Below, piece after piece: positions 16,526 through 30,594 of a stretch of 64,000 bases of DNA. A program made the translations under genes and the position numbers. The notes under the pieces are model-generated. The model was not told the origin of the DNA and did not search any database. It worked only from the letters and a program-made list of their open reading frames with translations. Origin of the DNA: the human T2T-CHM13v2.0 reference genome, Homo sapiens; NCBI RefSeq assembly GCF_009914755.1, contig NC_060930.1, one strand, 5' to 3'. Position 1 is the first letter of the stretch, and every line of letters starts with the position of its first letter.

Positions 16526-19345
16526 GTGAGTCCAATATCATTTTTATAAATAGTTAATTTATCTTAATAGAATCATTACCGGGATAGCATAATCAACATT
16601 ACAAATATGTACTTTCATGTGTAAGAACTCAATTAGAAAAGTATAGTCAATGGATAAAATGTACTTGATAATAAATCTATAAAAACCATTTAGTTGCCAT
16701 TATAAGAAATTTGCTTGGTTTTAAAATATCCAAAAGCAGGCATTATCCAGAACAGTTGAACAAGTTTATTTATACTTCATTTAATGTATAATTTCCGACA
16801 CTTGTTTACTGAAACATTTTAACTTGCCTTAGTTCTTTATGGTCATATATGTATATTAAAATTCACACACATGTGAAAATGGAAAAAGGAAATGACTTGC
16901 TGCTATCTGATTCTATCTGATTCTGCGGCCCATGTTTCCATTAATTATCATATAATTAGATACCTTCTAACCCCATTGGGTCATAATGGGAACTAGCAAG
17001 TTCCAACAGGAAGAATTCTGTTGTTTATTTGAGAATGAAATGTTCCCTCTCAGAGGATTTCAACATGTTCTCCACACAGAAAATATGCTAGTAGGAGACC
17101 TTTGAACATAATTTTTATGCATTTACCATAAGTAGCATATGGTTTGGTGTCTTTAAAGGGACCAACCAGACCCAGCCTCACCTTCCTCTTGTGTGGAGCT
17201 CCAACAATAGTGTTCTACAAGCATGACTATAAAACCCAAGCAATGTTTTTGCACCAGATCCCAGAAGTAAAGTTTATTAGTCAGTGGAATTCTTGTATTA
17301 GATTTCAGAAAGCACCCAACTACCAAACGAGAATGAGGTTCCTCCACCATTCCAGCAGAGGGCACACTTTTAGCAGCTTTTGTAGCTGGTTGCTTCCTGG
17401 ATGTTTGAATACCAATTGATTTGTCAGCAATGAGCCATTGCAGCAATGCTGTCAAAGTCTGGATCCCTGACTGGTGGCTGCAAACTGTTTATTAACAGCT
17501 TGATGCTCATTAAGGACATTGAGCCAGAATATAAGTCAACTGTGTCACTAAGTGTGCTATTTAGCATAGCTGGCATTATGTGTGTTGTGGGAGAGGCAAG
17601 ACTCTCAATGAAAGAGGCAATACATTGATTTTCATTCTGATGTAAGCCATTTCACTTTTGATTGGGACTTCACAGAATTCTTTTCATAGCTGGCCTCTCT
17701 CCTCATTCTGATGGAAATCTGCAAGCTAAAGGCAGTCCTGATGATAGGAAGCAAAACAGCAACCTCAGAAGGATTTCAAAATGATTCATTTTCTTTACAA
17801 AAATATATATCATTAGCCTAACATAAGTAAGCGTTGAATATTATGATCTTGAGAATGAAAAAGATATACCTTTAGTGTTGCTGTGACTGAAGATGATATT
17901 TGACCCTTTAAAATGCATTAAGTTTCTTTCTATTGGCCTTTTATAGCTTATTATTTCATCAATATTCATATTAAGAATTGAAAGTTAAGAATGTTCCACA
18001 GCTCCAAGAAGTTGCTATTAGGTGTGCATATCAAGATGTTTTAAGGAGTTGATTATTATTGACTACATGTTCATGATTTCCAAGCCTGAAATTAACCTTT
18101 ATATTACATGAGTAAAGGAAAGGACATTTTGTTTTCAGATTTTCCATGGATATTAACCTTTGATGAAAACCAAATTTTTCTTTCTTAATCTGGGCACGGC
18201 GGTAATTTTTTAATTATTCAATGTGCTACAATGTTCTAGATTGTCACTGATGCTAGCTATTTCAATACAACAGAGATGCAAGGCTTTAATGACCCTTATA
18301 AAATGAATTACATTTGCTTGGCCATTTCTTGGGTCTCAGACATATTTATTTTTATTTTCATGTTTATTTTCAAAAAGCAATTTAAAAACTAAAGTTAACA
18401 TAGTATAAATAGTTTGCTTTCACATCATATTCAAAGATAAAAGGGGCTGTTTAATGGAGTGTGAGAAACAGCATCAGTTTTATAAAGACTTTTATTATCA
18501 GTGTGGAAGCTTTTAAGAACATTCCCTTGTAAAAAGAAAACAATATAAGAAAAATATTACAGTCAACATTTTTTCTGTTGTTTTAAAACTATTTGGCTGT
18601 CATGTTTTCCATACTATTCTAGATTAATCAACCATCTCAAAGGGCTATAAAATTGAAACAGAATACTAGCACCATTTTAGGACTCAGAAAGAACATTATG
18701 AAGTAATAAGTTATTACACTTTGTGGTTATGTAAAGCTAGTTTTCCTAAAAAAGGCATGGGACTTCAAACTCATAAGCAAGTTTCTTGTAGATTCTCTCA
18801 ACCTTTCAATCAGATGCTAAATGGCTTGAAAGCAGAATGTTATTAATCAGAGAATAATATGCCAGCTCCTAAAAATGCAATCTATTTGAAATAGTAGTTT
18901 CTAGGGTTGGTTGCAGATCAACCACAGTGAGTTATGCAAATTCTAGAAGATTCTTAACATCAACTAAAATAATCAAATACACATTTGAGCACGTTTCACA
19001 CATTGACTATGTACACCACTGTAGAAATCATTAGCCACAGCATCTATTAATAGTGGAAAATTAGCAATATTATCTGTCTAAAGATAATAAAGTTTCTAAA
19101 AAATTTCTTCAATTAACAGTTAATTAATTCCTCCAATTAACAGCAAATTATTTTATCTGTTGCATGTTGAGTTGCTTTGAATTTTTTTTGAAATCTTTAA
19201 AATGAGCTTTTAATTGAGCAAAATAACAGTTTTTAATAACTTCACACGTAAATAAATCTAGGTGGTATTACGATATGACTTGGAAAATGTATAAAGTCTA
19301 AAAAGAGCAACAATCAGTATCACAAGAGGCAAGGTTTTTACAGCT

Positions 19346-20055
19346 CTATCTAATTTTCAAAAAAATTTATATATCAATTTTTTCCTTTTATAGATTGTGC
19401 TTTTTGTGTCAAGCCTAAGAACACTTTGCCTAGCGTTAGATTTTGCATATTTTCTTCTCTGTTTTTTCTAAAAGTTTTATAGTTTTACATTTTACAACAT
19501 TTCAGTTTAGAATTCATTTTGAGTTAATTTCTATATATAAGGTAGGACATTTAGGTCAAGATTTATTTTTTTGTCCATGGATATCCAATTGCTCTAGCAC
19601 TATTTTTTCAATGTACTGTCCTTCCTCCATTGAATTGCTTTTGCAGTTTTGTCAAAAATCAGTTGAATATTTGTATGGGCCTATTTTGTGTTCTCTATTC
19701 TGTTCTTTCTACCAATTTCACATATTGGTAGCTACATAGTAAGCCATAATATTGGGTAGAGTGATTCCTTGAGCTTTATTCTTCTTTGTCAGGATTGTTT
19801 TATCAATTTCAGGACCTAAGCCTTTTGACATTATTTCAGAATAATTTTGTTTATGTCTACAAAAACACCTTATGGAGATTTTGATGGGAATTACATTAAG
19901 CCTATAAATAAATTTAGGAAGAATAGATATCTTCATGATGTTAATCTTCCAATCCATTAACACAGTCTGTCACTCCATTTATTTAGGGCTTCGATATTTT
20001 CCAACAACACTGGAAACTTTCAGCATGCATACCCTGTACATATTTTGTTTAAATG
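19346..20055 (-). mobile_element. Old L1M ORF2 fragment
   Basis: Minus-strand ORF 19718-19963 (INIMKISILPKFIYRLNVIPIKI, KKNKAQGITLP) is L1 ORF2-like. Confidence 0.85.
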
Positions 20056-20743
20056 AATACCTCAATCCAATTTACCAGCTAATAGGCACTCATTCTTCAA
20101 TTACTTTATCGATTCTTCTTACATTTGCAATTATATATTTCTTAATAATGACACCATTTCATAATCTGTTTGGAAATCTAAAATTCTACTTATTTCTGAG
20201 ATATCCTCTCCTTTCTTTTTGCTGACAAATCAGTTCTATATGGTGTGTTGCTCTCAAAAGTTTCACTTATGCTAGGATAAGCTATAAGGCATGTTTTCTA
20301 AAGTCATATTTTGATAGCCTGTGTTATTTTAAACAGATAAGGTTTCTAAACATGGTCATTTAGCAGAAATCGTTTAAAGAATTAGCCAAAATGAGTTACT
20401 ATGCTTTAAGAAGATGGAATATAAATTTATAATAACCATACTCAGAGAGGATGAATACAAAATAAAGTTTTGTGCTTATAGGTCTGATGTTTAATTGCTC
20501 TAGTCAAATAAATTAATAAAGAATGATAGAGTCTGAAGATTCTTCCTGGATACTACCAATTTCAGCTAATCCTCTCTCCAAAGACATAAATTAATATATA
20601 CATGCTTAATATTTGTACTGGCTTCACAAAACTGTATTTTTGCTTTCCACTTTAGGTAAAGTCTCAACAGAATGTAAACATGACATTCCAGACTCTAGTT
20701 TCTTCCACCGATGTTTACATGTTTACTTTCCTTTTTCAGTAGC

Positions 20744-21557
20744 TGATATAGTTTGGCTGTGTCCCCACCCAAGTTTCATCTTGAATTGTACTTCCATAAT
20801 TTCCATGTGTTGTGGGAGGGACCCGGTGGGAGATAATTTGAATCATGGGGGCAGTTTCCCCCATACTGTTCTTATGGTAGTGAATAAGTCTCATGAGATC
20901 TGATGGTTATATCAGGGGTCTCCGCTTTTGCATCTTTCTCGTTTTCTCTTGCCACCTCCATGTAAGAAGAACCTTTCGCCTCCCACCATAATTCTGAGGC
21001 CTCCCCAGCCATGTGGAACTGTAAGTCCAATTAAACATTTTTTTTCTTCCCAGTCTTGGGTATGTCTTTGTCAGCAGCGTGAAAACAGACTAATACAGTA
21101 AACTGGTACCAGTAGAGTGGGGCGTTGCTGAAAAAATACACCAAAATGTGGAAGCAACTTTGGTACTGGGTAACAGGCAGAGAATTGAACAGTTTGGAGG
21201 GCTCAGAAGAAGACAGGAAAATGTGGGCAAGTTTGGAACTTCCTAGAGACTTGTTGAATGGCTTTCACAAAAATACTGATAATGATATGGATAATGAAAT
21301 CCAGGCTGAAGTGGTCTCAGATGGAGATAAGGAACTTGGAAACTAGAGCAAAGGTGATTCTTGTTATGTTTATCAGGGGTTTCCGCTTTTGCATCCTTCT
21401 CATTTTCTTTTGCCACCACCATATAAGAAGTGCCTTTCACCTCCTGCCATGATTCTGAGGCTTCCCAAGACATGTGAAACTGTAAGTCCAATTAAACCTC
21501 TTTTTCTTCCCAGTCTCAGGTATGTCTTTATCAGCAGCGTGAAAACAGACTAATACA
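20744..21557 (+). mobile_element. THE1A provirus with a large internal deletion (5' LTR 20744-21097, internal 21098-~21370, partial 3' LTR ~21371-21557)
   Basis: TG...taataca ends, THE1-int start gtaaactggtacc, 5-bp TSD gtagc at 20739-20743 and 21558-21562. Confidence 0.9.
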
Positions 21558-22453
21558 GTAGCATTCTTTTTTCTTGTCATACAAGCAAGAAATATCTGAT
21601 TTACCTTTATTTTTGGACTATCCTATTCTATCTAAACCTGATTATGCTCCTTAGGAAGATTCCTTAGGGGATTTCCAAAGACTTCTTTTCTTTCTATAAA
21701 CATATTGTCAACAAAAAACCTATTTCACTGGCCTCCTGTGCTTAAGCCTCTTTCATTTGCACTTATTTCAAATATTATTGCTAGTTGTTAAAGTCCTCAA
21801 ATTTAATTTGACCATTCTGTTATAATGAGATCTCATTGCCTTTAGGAGTTCTAATATGAATATCACTTATTCATTGATGGCATACTATGGATTCTGTGGC
21901 TTACACAAAGAAGTATACACAGGGGCTTCAAAATGGCTGACTAGAGGCATCTGGTAGTTGCCTCCTCCACAAAGAAGAACCAAAATAGTGAGTAGATAAA
22001 CACACTTCCAATAGATAATCTGAGAGAGAACACTAGACTTTCAACAGAAAAGTGACAGGAAACACTTGAAGTGAAAATAAAGAGGAAAGCAAGGTAGGCT
22101 GCTTGGCCAGGATCAGCTGAGAGCCTACAAAGGCTCAACAATGTAGGGAAAGAGTAAGTGAGTGACTCCTGTAGTTCAAATTTCTACTATGACTCTTGCA
22201 TGCTAGCCACAGGAAAGACCCTAGATCCTCAGGCCCCTAGACTAACATAGGGAGTGCCTGGGGACAGACCTGAAGAGAAAGCTCACAATGAGTGTCACAC
22301 ACACCCTGAGCCCTAACCATTTACAGCAAGGCACCATATTGAGAGACCAGATCCCAACAGATTGCATCTTGTCTGGGTGCCCAACAGACCATGCATATCC
22401 ACATTTCTGGAGCCTCATTGACATTTCCCACCAGCAGCCACTACCATAGCTGA

Positions 22454-22803
22454 CTGCTGCCTCCATGACTGAAGCACAAGCCATTGACAAAGGCCACACT
22501 GCCTCCAGCAGAGAAGCTGCAGTACATTTTCACGGGTTCCAAGGACAAACGTCCCTGCTCACAGTAGCTGCCACTTCAAGCTGCCACAATTGGGGCCAAA
22601 ACACTTCTAAAGTGCTCACTCTTCAGCTGCTGCCTCCATGACTGAAGCATAAGTCATTGACAAAGGCCACACTGTCTGCAGTAGAGAAGCTGCAATACAT
22701 TTTCATGGGTTCCAAGGACAAACGTCCCTGCTCATAGTAGCTGCCACTTCAAGCTGCCACAACTGGGGCCAAAACACTTGTAAAGTGCTCACTCTCCAGC
22801 TGC
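22454..22803. repeat. 173-bp tandem duplication in the L1 5'UTR
   Basis: Copies start at 22454 and 22627; about 11 differences by eye. Confidence 0.92.
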
Positions 22804-25022
22804 CTGCATATGGTTGATGCCACTGAAAGAAACCCTTCCCTTCCCAGTAACAAGGCTGGAGCACAGCCACTGCCATCTCCACCCAAGTAGGACTTTGGTC
22901 CTACGAATTGTTCTACCCAAGCATACCACGGCCAATGCCTGAATTCACCACCAGTAGGCTTGAAGAAAAGTCTTCCCAGCCAAACTCTGGCTCTGCAGTG
23001 CCTGAACATGCCTTCTGGAGGGGTCTGGGGAACATCCAGTCCAGGCAATCATTGTTGGCACCAGAGAACCCCTCCCAGAGTCCTAGGTCAGGCCCACCCA
23101 ACCTGCTACCACAACCACAGCAAGAACCCACCTGTAGGCCTGGGGACTGACCCATGCAACCTGTCACAGCCACTGCCAACACCAGTATGGACCACGTGGG
23201 ATGCAGAGGTTAGTCCCATCACTGCTACTACCATCTCCCATGCTACCCTCACTGCCCAGAGGCCTGAACCCGCCCACCTACTTGGCTCATTGCTGCCACT
23301 ACCAGCACCTGAGCAAGTCTCCAGGAGGCCCAAGCCTGCCTGCACCCTCTAACACTGGTGCCAGTGTACCCACCCTTAAGCCCAAGAACAGTCATGTTCA
23401 GCCCACTGCTGCCACAACTGGAGCCCAAGGACAGGCCCATCTGGCATCCCCGTCTTCAGCAAAACTTCTCCACTGCCCCCACTAACAAATAAGAGAGAAA
23501 ATGAGAAGGATGCAATAACCTAATCTACTGAGGAAATCACAAACAGCACTGATGCTGTGTACAGCAAAATGAATTACATGGAGAGTATACTACTGCATGC
23601 ACCCAGTATCAAAGCCAAAGTGTCCTACCTAGCATGATAGATACTTCTTCAGTCCTTCCATACAAAAGCAAATCCAAAAAATTGAAACAAGCCACCATTA
23701 TACCAGATGTGCAGATATCAATGTAAAGACACAGAAAGCATAAAAAGCAAGGTAATATGACACCTCCAAAGGAATACAGTAATACTCCAGCAATAGATTT
23801 CAATAAAAAATAAATTTATAAAATCCTAAATAAAGAATTCAAAATAATGACATTAAGGAAGCTCAGTGAGATACAAGAGAATACAAGAAAACAATAAAAA
23901 TAATTTAGCATATGAAAGAAAAATTTACCAAAGAGCTAGACATTATTTTTTTAAAAGAACCGAATAGAAATTCTGGAGCTGAAGAAGTCATTGAATGAAA
24001 AACAAAATACTTGCAAAAGTTTCAATAATAGACTAGATCAAGCAGAAGAAAGAATATCAGAACTTGAAGACAGGTCTTTCAGAATAACACAGCCAGAAAC
24101 AAATAAACTTAAAAATAAATAAATAAGAATAATAAAGTATATGTGACATAGGGGACATCTTAAAGCAACGAAATATCCAAACTATTGGTGTCCCAGAAGG
24201 TAGAGATAAATGAAGGGGTTAAAAAACCTATTTAACAAAATAATGGCTGAAAACTTCACAAATCTAGCAAGAGATTTAGACATCCAGATTCAGAAAGTTT
24301 AGAGATGCCCAAACAGATATACTACAAAAAGGTATTTTTCATAGTACATTATAGTCAAACTATCAAATGTTAAAGACAAAGAGAATGCTAAAAACAACAA
24401 GAGAAAAATATCTAGTCATTTATAAGGAACCCCCATCAGACTAATAGTGGTTTCTCAGCAAAAACCTTACAGGCCAGAAAAGAATGTGATGATATATTCA
24501 AAGTGCTGGAAATAAAAACCAAAACTGCCACCCAACAACAGTATAACCAACAAAGTTATCCTTTATAAATGAAGAAGAAATAAAATCTTTCCAAGAGAAG
24601 CAAAAGCTGAGGAAATTCATCACCAGTAGATCAATCCTGCCATAAATGCTTTAAGAAGTCTTACATCTGAAAGTGAAAAGATTATATCTATTATCATGAA
24701 AACACATGAACGTTTAAAACCCACTGGTAATAAAAACACATGAATAAAGAAGAGAAAGGATTCATATGTTACCACTACAGAAAACCACCAAGCCATAATG
24801 ATAAACAATGAGAGAAGAAAGGAACAAAGGATATACAAACAACCAGAAATAAATTAATAAAATGACAGGAATAAGTCTTCAGATATCAATTATAACCTTA
24901 AATGTAAATGAATTAAAATTTCCACTTAAAAGATACAGGCTAGTTAAATGGAATAAAAATACATAACCCAACTGTATGCTGCCTTCAAGAAACTAATCTC
25001 AGCTATAAAGATACATATAGAG

Positions 25023-25238
25023 CAGGGATGTCCAATCTTTTGGCTTTCCCAAGCCACATTGGAAGAAGAAGAATTGTCTTGGACCACACATGAAATACAC
25101 TAACACTAATGACAGCTAATGAGCTTTAAAAAAAAAAATCTCATAATGTTTTAAGAAAGTTTACAAATTTGTGTTGGGCCACATTCAAAGCCATCCTGGG
25201 CTGCATGCAGCCCACAGACTGTGGATTGGACAAGCTTG
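25023..25238 (+). mobile_element. MER30 (hAT-Charlie MITE) nested in the L1MA3 ORF2
   Basis: cagggatgtccaatctttt...ttggacaagcttg; 8-bp TSD atataga(g/c) at 25015-25022 and 25239-25246. Confidence 0.9.
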
Positions 25239-28200
25239 ATATAGACTGAAAGTAAAGGGACGAAACAAAATATTCTATGCAAACAAAAGCCAAAAGCAAA
25301 CAGGAGCAGCTATACTTATATCATATAAAACAGACTTTAAGTCAAAAATAGTAGAAAACAAAGGTAATTATATAATGATAAAGGAGTCAATTCAGCAAGA
25401 TAATATGACTATTTTTTAAATATACACACCTAACACCAGAGAACTCAGATATACAAATCAAATCTTATTAGATCTAAAGGGAGAGATAGACTCCAATACA
25501 ATAATAGTTGGGTTGGAACTTTACCACTCCACTTTCAGCATTAGACAGATCATCTAGACAGAAAATCAACAAAGAAACATTAGATTCAAACTGCACATTA
25601 GACCAAAGGACCTAAAAGACATTTACACTTATAGAACATTTTATTTAACAGCTTTAGTATACACATTCTTCTTATCAGCACGTGGAACATTCTCCAGAAC
25701 CGACCATATGTTAGGACATAAATAAATTTTAACACATTTTTATATATTGAAATCATATTAAGTGTCTTCTCAGACCACAACAAATTAAAACTAGAAATTA
25801 ATAACAAGAAGAACCTCGGACACTTAAAATTAAACAACATGCTCCTGAATGACCACTGGGTCAAGGAGGAAGTTAAGGAGGTAATAAAAAATATTCTTAA
25901 AACAAATGAAAATAAAAAATACCTTGAAACCCAGCATACCAAGCCCAATGGGATACAGCAAAAGCAGTGCTATAAGGGAAATTCATAGCAATAAATGCCT
26001 ACATCAAAAAAGAAGAAAGCTTCTAAACAAATAATCCAGTGATGGTGGCACCTTAAGGAGCTAGAAGAACATCAAGAAACCAAACCCAAAATAAGCTGAT
26101 GGAAAGAAATAATGATAATCAGAGCAGAACTAAACAAAATCAAGATTTAAAAACTAATTCAAAAGATCAATAAAATGAAAAGCTTTTTTTGAAAAAAACA
26201 AACACAGTCAACAAACCTCTAGCTAGAATAACCCAGAAAAAAAAATGAGAAAAGACTCAAAACATAAAAACCAAAGTCAGAAATGAAAAAGGAAACATTA
26301 AAACTGATATCACAGAAATACCAAAGATCATCACAGACTATTATGATCAACTATATGCTAACAAACTGGAAAACTTAGAGAAAATGGATAATTTCCTGGA
26401 CACATACAACCTACTAAGATTGAATCAGAAAGAACTAGAAAGCCTGAACAGACCAATAATGAATAATGAGATTGAATTAATAACAAAATGTCTCCCCAAA
26501 AAGAAAAGACCAGGACCAGATGCCTTCACTGCTGAATTCTACCAAGCTTTCAAAGAAGAACACACACCAATTTTCCTCAAACTATTCCAAACAATTGAAG
26601 AGAAGGAAATTTCCCCTAACTCATTCTACAAGGCCAGCATTACCCTGATACCAAAGTCAGACAAGTATGCAACAAAAAAGAAAACTAAAGGCCAATATGC
26701 CTGATGAACACAGATGCAAAAATTGTCAACAACATACTAGCAAACCAAATTCAACATCACGTAAAAAAAAATAATGCACCATGATTAAGTAGAATTTATC
26801 CAAGGAATGTAAGGATGGCTGAAAATAGACAAATCAATAAATGTGACAGATTATGTTAACAGACTAATGGGAAAAAAGCATATGATCATGCCAGGTGACA
26901 CAAAAAAAGCATTTGATAAAATTCAACAGTTCTTTATAATAAAAACTCTCCACAAGAGTGTTGAAGGAAAAATACCTCAATACGATAAAGACCATATATG
27001 CCAAACCCACAGTTAACATGATACTGAATGGTAAAACTGAAAGCCCTTCCTTTAAGAACTGGAACAAGACAAGAATGTCTACTTTCATGACTCCTATTCA
27101 ACAGAGAACTGGAAGTCCTAGCCAGAGCAATTAGGCAAGAAAAAGAAATAGAAGGCATCCAAGAGGGAAGTCAAATTGTTTGACTTTACAGATCTAGAAT
27201 GTTACATCTAGAAAAACTAAAGACTCCAACAAAACATTCTTAGATCTAATAAATAATTTCAGTAAAGTTTCAGGATATAAAATCAACATGCAAAAATCAA
27301 TGATAAAAATCAGTAATGTTTCTGTACCCCAATAATGAACTAGCTGAGAAACATATCAAGGAAACAATTCCATTTACAATAGCTATAAAAAATAGCTAGG
27401 AATAAATTTAACCAAGGAGGTGAAAGATCTCTATAAGGAAAACTATGAAACACTGAGCAAAGAAAGTTAAGAGGACACAAAAAATGGAAAGATAGCCCAT
27501 GCTCGTGGATTGGAATAATTAATATAATTAAAATGATCATATGGCCCAGAGAAATCTGTAGATTCAATCTAATTTCCATCAAGATGGCAATGTCATTGTT
27601 CACTACAATAGAAAAAAAAAACCTAAAATTCATTTGGTATCAAAAAAAGAGACTGAATAGCCAAAGCAATCCTAACAGTGGTAATGAAAACAATAATAGT
27701 ATGGATATAAAAATAGTAATGAAAACAGCATGGTATAAAAACAGACACATGAAACAATGAAACAAAGTAGAAAACCTAGTTATAAATTCATGCATTTATG
27801 GTTAACCCATTTTCACCAAGATGGGTTATAAAGTCACCAATAAAGTCACCAAGAATGGACACTGGGGAAAGGACACCCTCTTTAATAAATGGTGCTGAAA
27901 AAATTTGATATCCATATGCAGAAGAATGAACCTAGAGCCCGACTTCTCACTATATTCAAAAATCAAATCAAAATGGATTAAAAACTAAAATGTAAGACTT
28001 GAAGCTATAAAACTAGTAGAAGAAAACATAGGGAAAACACTTCAGGACATTGGTCTAGGCAAAGATTTTATGGCTAAGATCCCAAAAGCACACACAACAA
28101 AAATAAAAATAGACAAAAAGGAATACATTAAACTGGAAAGCTTCTGTATAAACAAAGAAAACAGTTAATAGAGTGAAGAGGCACCCTGATGAATGGGAGC

Positions 28201-28485
28201 AAATATTTGCAAACTGTTCTTCCAGAATATACAAGGAACTCAAACAACTGAACAGTAAGAAAACAAATAATCTTATTAAAAGGTAGGAAAATACATGAAT
28301 AGATATTTCTCAAAAGAAGAGATATAATAGGTACCAGACATATAAAAAACAAATCACTAATTATCAAGAAAATTGCAAATCAAAACCACGGTTAGATATC
28401 ATCTTACCATAGTTAGAATGGCTACTACTAAAAAGACAAAAAAAATCAGATACTAGCAAGTATGCGGAAAAATGGGAATTCTTAA

Positions 28486-28736
28486 AGAAAATCAACAAAG
28501 AAACATTAGATTCAAACAGCACATTAGACCAAAGGGACCTAAAAGACATCTACATTTATAGAACATTTTATTTAACAGCTATAGTATACACATTCTTCTT
28601 AGCACATAGAACATTCTCCAAAATAGACCATATGTTAGGACATAAAATAAATTTCAACAAATTTTTATAAATTGAAATCATATTGTCTTCTCAGACTATG
28701 ACAAAATAAAACTAGAAATTAATAACAAGAGGAACT
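28486..28736 (+). repeat. Dispersed ~250-bp copy of 25560-25815 inside the same L1
   Basis: Both copies begin agaaaatcaacaaagaaacattagattcaaac and end ctagaaattaataacaaga. Confidence 0.92.
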
Positions 28737-30207
28737 TGTTACTGTTGGTAGAAATGAAAAATTAGTACAACCACTATGAAAATAGCATGGAGATTTCTCA
28801 AAAACTAAAAGTTGAAATGCCATATGCTCCAGCATTCCCACTATTGAATATAAGGGGGAAAAATTCAGTATATAAAAGGAATACCTGCACTCCCTTGTTT
28901 ATTGCAGCACTATTTAATAGAGCAAAGATATGGAATCAACCTAAGTGTCTATCAACTGACAAATGGATAAGGAAAATGTGGTATATATACACAAAGGAAT
29001 ACTACTCAGCAATTAAAAAGAATGAAACCATGTCATTTGCAGCAGCATGAGCAGAACTGCAGATCACTGTGTATGTGACATAAGCCAGGCACGGAAAGAC
29101 GAATATCATATGTTCTCACTCATTTGCGGAAGCTAGAAGTTTGATTTCATGGAAGTAAATAATAGAATGATAGATACCAGGAGCTGGGAAAGATGTATAG
29201 GTGACTGTGGGGTATAAACAGAGGTGGGTTAGTAGGTATAAACATACATTAGACAGAGAAAGTAAGTTCTAATGTTTGATAGTAAAGTAGGGTGACTATA
29301 ATTAACAACAATGTATTATATTTTTCAAAACAACTGGATGAGAGAACTCAAAATGTTCCCAATATATAGAAATGATAAATACTCAAGGCCATGGACAACT
29401 CAGTTACCCAGACTTCATCATTATATAGTCTGTGCATGTAAAAAATTATCACATGTACCCCATAAATAGCACAAATATTTGTATCTATTTTTAAAAGCAT
29501 ATAAGTGCACCTCTGTTATCAGAAATTACATTAAAGTGTCACATTATTTGGAATGGAAAAGTCAAATGACATCAAAATGTAAGATGTGATCTGAACAAAA
29601 TGTGTATTGCCAGTTGTGCCCTGTACAAAGGTATCTGGCCAAATGTAGAGGGAGCTGCTAGAAGCTAAAATTTAGTTCATGTTAAACTTACTAAACCACA
29701 GGCTCTAGTTGCATTTGCCAAGGAGGGTACTGTTTTCTAATTCTCACAAGGTACAATACAAGCAAATAGTTGCTCTATGTAGCACATAAGACGTGGTGAC
29801 AGTTCCTAGGTTTCCTTCTCTCAAAAAGTCTTAAATTCAGAGGAGGCAGCTATCATTGGAGATTCATGTGTTGGAACAAGGCTCCATGTATCATGCACAA
29901 TGTGAACTGGGCCTTGAAAAATTGGTAAAATTTGGTTCAAAAGATTCGGTGGAAAACTGCTAATGAAAGAAGCATGAACATTTAATACCCAAAGATGAGA
30001 ATGAACGTAATGTATTTAAGAAATGTAATTGTTCCTAAAAATCTATAAATCCATATTTACATGGATATTTTTGTTACCCAGACATAAGCATTAATTTATT
30101 GGTGTCCTTCCTCTTGGCCCTTTTTTGTGTGTGCACATGCATGGGACGTGCATGTGCATCTCTGGTTACTGTACTTGGGAAGAGAATAATGAAACCAAGC
30201 GAGGCTA

Positions 30208-30531
<324 letters not shown>

Positions 30532-30594
30532 TTAGAAATAAAAGCATGAGAATGATTTTCAGGAGTCCATAGTAAGAAAAAAGATTCGGTCAAT

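Larger units (their letters stand above)
21922..29495 (+). mobile_element. Apparently full-length degenerate LINE-1, L1MA3-like (5'UTR, ORF1 remnant ~23740-24700, ORF2 remnant ~24862-29050, 3'UTR)
   Basis: 5' end caaaatggctgactagaggcatctgg; ORF2-like fragments at 26384-26704 and 28787-29050; 3' end ...atgataaatactcaagg...cacatgtaccccataaat. Confidence 0.85.

Noticed and set aside
22242-23485. Cluster of overlapping 60-130 aa ORFs
   Set aside because: GC-richer L1 5'UTR with few stop codons; no homology recognised.
21908-29505. TSD for the L1MA3-like element (aagtatac versus aagcatat)
   Set aside because: Too short and degenerate to distinguish from chance.
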